10,114 nt of DNA from the IMG/VR virus record IMGVR_UViG_2690316097_000011. One strand, given 5' to 3'. The notes beneath the pieces are model-generated. The model did not search any database. It was not told the origin of the DNA and saw only the letters and a list, made by a program, of their open reading frames with translations. The number at the start of each line of letters is the position of its first letter. Position 1 is the stretch's first letter. Origin of the DNA: a virus. Lineage: Duplodnaviria > Heunggongvirae > Uroviricota > Caudoviricetes. The translations under genes and the position numbers were made by a program. Below, piece by piece: positions 6,449-10,114 of this stretch.

Positions 6449-6805
6449 ATGGAAATAAAACCAGAAGATGAGTTAAGCAATATTGTTTTATTTCCGGTAA
6501 AAGAGGATAACCCTCGTAATCAGGTTAATTTTCTTTATGAGCCATCGGAAAGACCATATTGCCATCACGCTTCTGTCCGGGTTGACGAAAAAGAGCGTCA
6601 GGTCCGCTGTAAAATTTGCGGTGCAGTTGTGGAGCCATTTGACTGGATGCTCTCTGTGGCGAAAAGAGAAACCAGACTGGCAGATGATGTAAGGCTCTTG
6701 CGCCAGGAGGAGCGGGAAAGGCGAAAAAATATAGAAAAGCTAATCCAGATTGAGCGTAATGCGAAAGCGCGGATACGCAGGGTGACAAAATATAGCCCCG
6801 AATAA
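6449..6805 (+). CDS. hypothetical small protein with a putative zinc-ribbon (C-H-H ... C-x2-C)
   Basis: 118 aa from the ATG at 6449, with a strong Shine-Dalgarno AGGAGAGGAG. Cys/His cluster YCHH...CKICG. Charged C-terminal tail. Confidence 0.6.
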   Translation: MEIKPEDELSNIVLFPVKEDNPRNQVNFLYEPSERPYCHHASVRVDEKERQVRCKICGAVVEPFDWMLSVAKRETRLADDVRLLRQEERERRKNIEKLIQIERNAKARIRRVTKYSPE

Positions 6806-7019
6806 TCAAGGTTATTTCTGGAAGTCAAGTCGTGAGTGATGAGGACTAACAAATACGGTGAACTCGATAAAGAGATTCAGGACGAACTGGAGGCCAGGAA
6901 TGATTGACAAATCACCAAGTGAGTTCAGCTACAAAGATTTATTGTCATAACGGGTTATGAGATCGACTTGGTGCGTGATATTCTTCGGGCCAGTTTGCTA
7001 TGCGCCACCATGAGATGTT

Positions 7020-8852
7020 ATGGCCCGCATGTTTGATACATTAGGATTTTACATTATGAATGTGCAACATTTTGATTTTTTTACAGATAATGAGTTTTCT
7101 AATCTGGAAAGATATCAAACTTGTAAAGCCATGGCCAAAGGTTATGCGGGCAATTACAAAACCGGGCAGTCAAGGTTGATGCATGCCCGCTCATACTGCT
7201 TCAGCATCGTAGCTGCATATTGGGATACCCTTGCAAAAAAGCAAAAAAGCAGCATTAAAATGAGGGCAGTACCGCACACTGTTTACATAGAAGACATTCC
7301 ATGTGATGCACGCGAGCTCGCTGAACGAACAGGTGAGCTTATTGCTCAATTTCCGGCGGAGGACGCTGGATATCTGATTGGGTCAATTTATACGGTAATG
7401 CTGCCATCCGCTTACCGTTCGGAATTGGGGGCTTACTATACCCCCCCACCTTTGGTAGCGCGTCTCTTGGACCTGGCTGAAAAGTCTGGTGTTGATTTTT
7501 CTCATGCATCGGTTATTGATCCTGCGTGTGGTGGCGGTGCATTTTTGGCACCAGTAGCCATTCGAATGTTAAAAAAAGACAAGGGGTCTTCCCCTGAATG
7601 GATGTTGAGGAGAATCAGTCGTCGTTTAAAGGGGATAGAAATCGATCCATTTGCGGCTTGGATGAGTTTGGTATTGCTCGAATCTGTACTAATGCCACTA
7701 TGTGTAAAGGTAAAACGTAGATTGCCTGAAGATACAATTATTGTTGCTGATGCGCTTCAGCAAGATAAATTTTCTGGTTATGATCTTGTGGTAGGGAATC
7801 CGCCTTACGGACGTGTCACTCTCGATATTAAAACGAGAGAAAAATATTCTCGTTCGTTATTTGGTCATGCAAATCTATATGGATTGTTCACCGACTTAGC
7901 TGTTCGCATGGTTAAAGAGAAAACAGGAGTTATTGCATTTCTTACGCCAACTTCTTTTCTTGGTGGGCAGTATTTCACCGCGCTGCGAACCCTTTTGACC
8001 GAAAAAACTACTCCGTATGCCCTTGATTTCGTCACTGACAGGGATGGGGTCTTTGACGATGTTCTCCAGGAAACAATGTTGACAGCATTCAAGGCGGGAG
8101 AACATAAAGTTCGGGCCCAGGTATCCTCACTTGTCCCTAAGGGGTTGAACAAAGCAAAAATTGAGAAAATAGGTAATGTTGATATAGAAAAAGGTGGAGC
8201 AACGTGGCTTTTGCCACGCGTTAAAGATGATGCCTGTTTTCTTAATGTATTAAAACAGATGTCTACGCGTTTAGCTGATCTGGGATACTCAGTCTCTACA
8301 GGTCAGTTAGTCTGGAATCGATTTAAGTCGCAGTTGCGTACGACGAAAGGAAAAAATAGCTACCCATTAGTCTGGGCGGAATCAATAACTTCAGCTGGTT
8401 TTCGTTTTAGTGCAGACAGAAAAAATCATGTTCCCTATATCGATATAACCCCACAACAGGGTTTCCTTGTGACAAAATCTGAATGTGTGCTTGTTCAGCG
8501 GACAACATCGAAGGAACAGGACAGAAGGATTTTAGCGGCAATTTTACCTCAGGGATTTATAGATGAAACTGGTGGCGTAGTAGTTGAAAACCATATTAAT
8601 ATTGTATATTCAAACGGATTGTTCTCTGCGGTTCGCCCTGATGTTATTGATATGCTACTTAATTCGCATGTTGTCGATCGGGCGTTCAGGTGTATAAGCG
8701 GAAGTGTTGCTGTTTCGGCCTATGAATTGAATTCAATCCCGTTGCCTTCTCTGGAGCAGGTGATGGAGATTCAATCGTTAATTGATGCTGGCGTCCACAG
8801 ACGGATTATTGAGAGAACTATCGCTGGTTTCTATGGAGTGATGATTGCATGA
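7020..8852 (+). CDS. gamma-class N6-adenine DNA methyltransferase (Eco57I/PstI-like family)
   Basis: 610 aa. Motif X (GAYYTPPPLV), motif I (VIDPACGGGAFL) and motif IV (VVGNPPYGR) occur in the gamma-class order, with a roughly 300 aa C-terminal region as a probable target-recognition domain. Alternative ATGs at 7029 and 7056. About 27% GC at the 5' end. Confidence 0.9.
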   Translation: MARMFDTLGFYIMNVQHFDFFTDNEFSNLERYQTCKAMAKGYAGNYKTGQSRLMHARSYCFSIVAAYWDTLAKKQKSSIKMRAVPHTVYIEDIPCDARELAERTGELIAQFPAEDAGYLIGSIYTVMLPSAYRSELGAYYTPPPLVARLLDLAEKSGVDFSHASVIDPACGGGAFLAPVAIRMLKKDKGSSPEWMLRRISRRLKGIEIDPFAAWMSLVLLESVLMPLCVKVKRRLPEDTIIVADALQQDKFSGYDLVVGNPPYGRVTLDIKTREKYSRSLFGHANLYGLFTDLAVRMVKEKTGVIAFLTPTSFLGGQYFTALRTLLTEKTTPYALDFVTDRDGVFDDVLQETMLTAFKAGEHKVRAQVSSLVPKGLNKAKIEKIGNVDIEKGGATWLLPRVKDDACFLNVLKQMSTRLADLGYSVSTGQLVWNRFKSQLRTTKGKNSYPLVWAESITSAGFRFSADRKNHVPYIDITPQQGFLVTKSECVLVQRTTSKEQDRRILAAILPQGFIDETGGVVVENHINIVYSNGLFSAVRPDVIDMLLNSHVVDRAFRCISGSVAVSAYELNSIPLPSLEQVMEIQSLIDAGVHRRIIERTIAGFYGVMIA

Positions 8853-9931
8853 ATCTGCCTGTTGTTCCCCCATTGAATGTTATCCGGGAAAGATTACAAT
8901 TAATTTTCCCTGAAGGGACTGAGAATCGTGGATATTTAATTCGGGAAATAGCTGCAAAAACAATTTTTGTCATGTTTTATGCTGGTGCGGTTGAGGGGCT
9001 GGGGCGATGGATAAGGCCCAGCCAGGTTGTAAGTATGGGAGATTCGCAGGCTGCTCTTACTGATGATGCGTCCAGAGAAAGCTGGGTAAAGATGACTTTC
9101 TCTAAACAAAAGATAAGGCCTGCTGATGCATGGTATGCGGAAAATACGCGTGAGCCAATACGTGATGAAACTATAAAAAATGGCCTAATACCTTGCAATG
9201 CAATTGTTGAGCGTAAAGGTATACCCACCACATCCTCTCGTCCTCGTTACAGTTTGAATCGCTCTTTTGCAGCACTCTTTGATGCCGGGCTTGAAGGAGA
9301 TTCGCTGCTGAGTGCAATAAGTTCCTGGCAAGAAAATCATTTGAACAAAGCCGCTCTTGCTAGGTTGCGTTTATTGAAATCAGGGGCAGTGATTGCTGCT
9401 GATGCCGTAGTCGTCACTTTCCCAAATGGAGAGAAGAGAACTTTAGCTCCGGGCCCGTCAAGTACAATAGCTAAGGCCGTCATCGAAGTTTTTGCTCCTA
9501 ATTTTCTTAAGAATCCAACTGTGCTCTGGTTGTCTGAATCCGGGAATAAAGTTGTTGCTCAGGATGATGTATTGGCAAAAGCATTGGGGCTGAATATTGA
9601 TGCCTCAAAAGCACTTCCAGATATTATTTTGATTGATTTGGGAGAGGACCGAACGGGTTCGGACATGCTTGTAGTTTTCACTGAAGTAGTTGCGACAGAT
9701 GGGCCTATAAACAGGGAACGAAAAGTTACTCTCACTCATTTGGCTATTGACGCTGGGTTCAGCGAGAAAAATCTTGCATTCCTTACGGCATTTATGGACA
9801 GAAGTGCTCTGCCTTTTAAAAAGGCAATACCAGAATTGGCGTGGGGATCTTATGCATGGTTTGCTTCTGAACCGGAGCACTTAATTGATCTTCGGGATGG
9901 TTATCCGGTAAAGATCAGCCAGAGAAAATGA
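8849..9931 (+). CDS. putative restriction endonuclease partner (possibly BsuBI/PstI family); function unverified
   Basis: 360 aa, translationally coupled to the methyltransferase (ATGA overlap at 8849-8852). Size and two-domain layout fit BsuBI/PstI-type endonucleases. A candidate nuclease core PDIILIDLGED...LVVFTEVVATDGPINRERK is only weakly PD-(D/E)xK-like. Confidence 0.55.
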   Translation: MNLPVVPPLNVIRERLQLIFPEGTENRGYLIREIAAKTIFVMFYAGAVEGLGRWIRPSQVVSMGDSQAALTDDASRESWVKMTFSKQKIRPADAWYAENTREPIRDETIKNGLIPCNAIVERKGIPTTSSRPRYSLNRSFAALFDAGLEGDSLLSAISSWQENHLNKAALARLRLLKSGAVIAADAVVVTFPNGEKRTLAPGPSSTIAKAVIEVFAPNFLKNPTVLWLSESGNKVVAQDDVLAKALGLNIDASKALPDIILIDLGEDRTGSDMLVVFTEVVATDGPINRERKVTLTHLAIDAGFSEKNLAFLTAFMDRSALPFKKAIPELAWGSYAWFASEPEHLIDLRDGYPVKISQRK

Positions 9932-10083
9932 CCAAAGTTTGATATCCGCCACGCCCTGAAGGATGGGGGTTTTACGGTGCACTGGATAAAAAATCGGTTT
10001 CATAGATTTGCCCACCGTGGTATACGCCTGCGATAAAAACTTTATTGTCATCAACGGCAAAAGCAATAATTGTTCTGTGGCGG

Positions 10084-10114
10084 GGTGATGCTGCCAACTT
10101 ACTGATTTAGTGTA
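10084..10114 (+). mobile_element. IS1 left end (terminal inverted repeat), same orientation as the IS1 at 1-69; continues beyond the window
   Basis: GGTGATGCTGCCAACTTACTGATTTAGTGTA is the canonical IS1 5' terminus. Confidence 0.9.

Noticed and set aside
6525-6852. Minus-strand ORFs at 6525-6809 and 6598-6852
   Set aside because: They are antisense to the zinc-ribbon gene, which has a very strong Shine-Dalgarno.
7865-9231. Minus-strand ORFs at 7865-8152, 7896-8105 and 8977-9231
   Set aside because: They lie inside the methyltransferase and partner genes on the opposite strand. The sense genes are supported by catalytic motifs and translational coupling.
9932-9990. Possible terminator after the partner gene
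   Set aside because: Only a 3 bp GC stem (GCCC...GGGG) followed by TTTT, which is too weak to call.
9605-10066. Minus-strand ORFs at 9605-9880 and 9881-10066
   Set aside because: They overlap the 3' end of the partner gene and have no Shine-Dalgarno. The 10041-10057 sequence is better explained as one copy of the flanking direct repeat.

Overview
This window is a 10 kb fragment of a lambdoid prophage (immunity and replication regions), bracketed by two IS1 copies in the same orientation: an IS1 3' end at 1-69 and an IS1 5' end from 10084. No integrase, lysis or structural genes are present, so it looks like a remnant. All identifications are by eye from the sequence and translations; no searches were run. 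Left to right: (i) a leftward operon of two small unknown proteins (202-785, minus strand) downstream of an OL-like operator pair; (ii) a leftward immunity operon encoding a lambda-CI-like repressor that lacks a peptidase domain, followed by a PaaA-like antitoxin and ParE toxin with a terminator; (iii) an OR-like region and rightward cro-like, cII-like, O-like initiator and DnaC-like loader genes, with phased GTCACG iterons inside the initiator gene; (iv) a phage gene split by a scrambled IS3-family (IS600-like) remnant flanked by about 209 bp imperfect direct repeats; (v) a low-GC two-gene cassette just before the right-hand IS1, encoding a gamma-class N6-adenine methyltransferase translationally coupled to a 360 aa partner. 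The cassette is the best candidate for a defence system: most likely a Type II restriction-modification pair, but the partner's nuclease identity is unverified.
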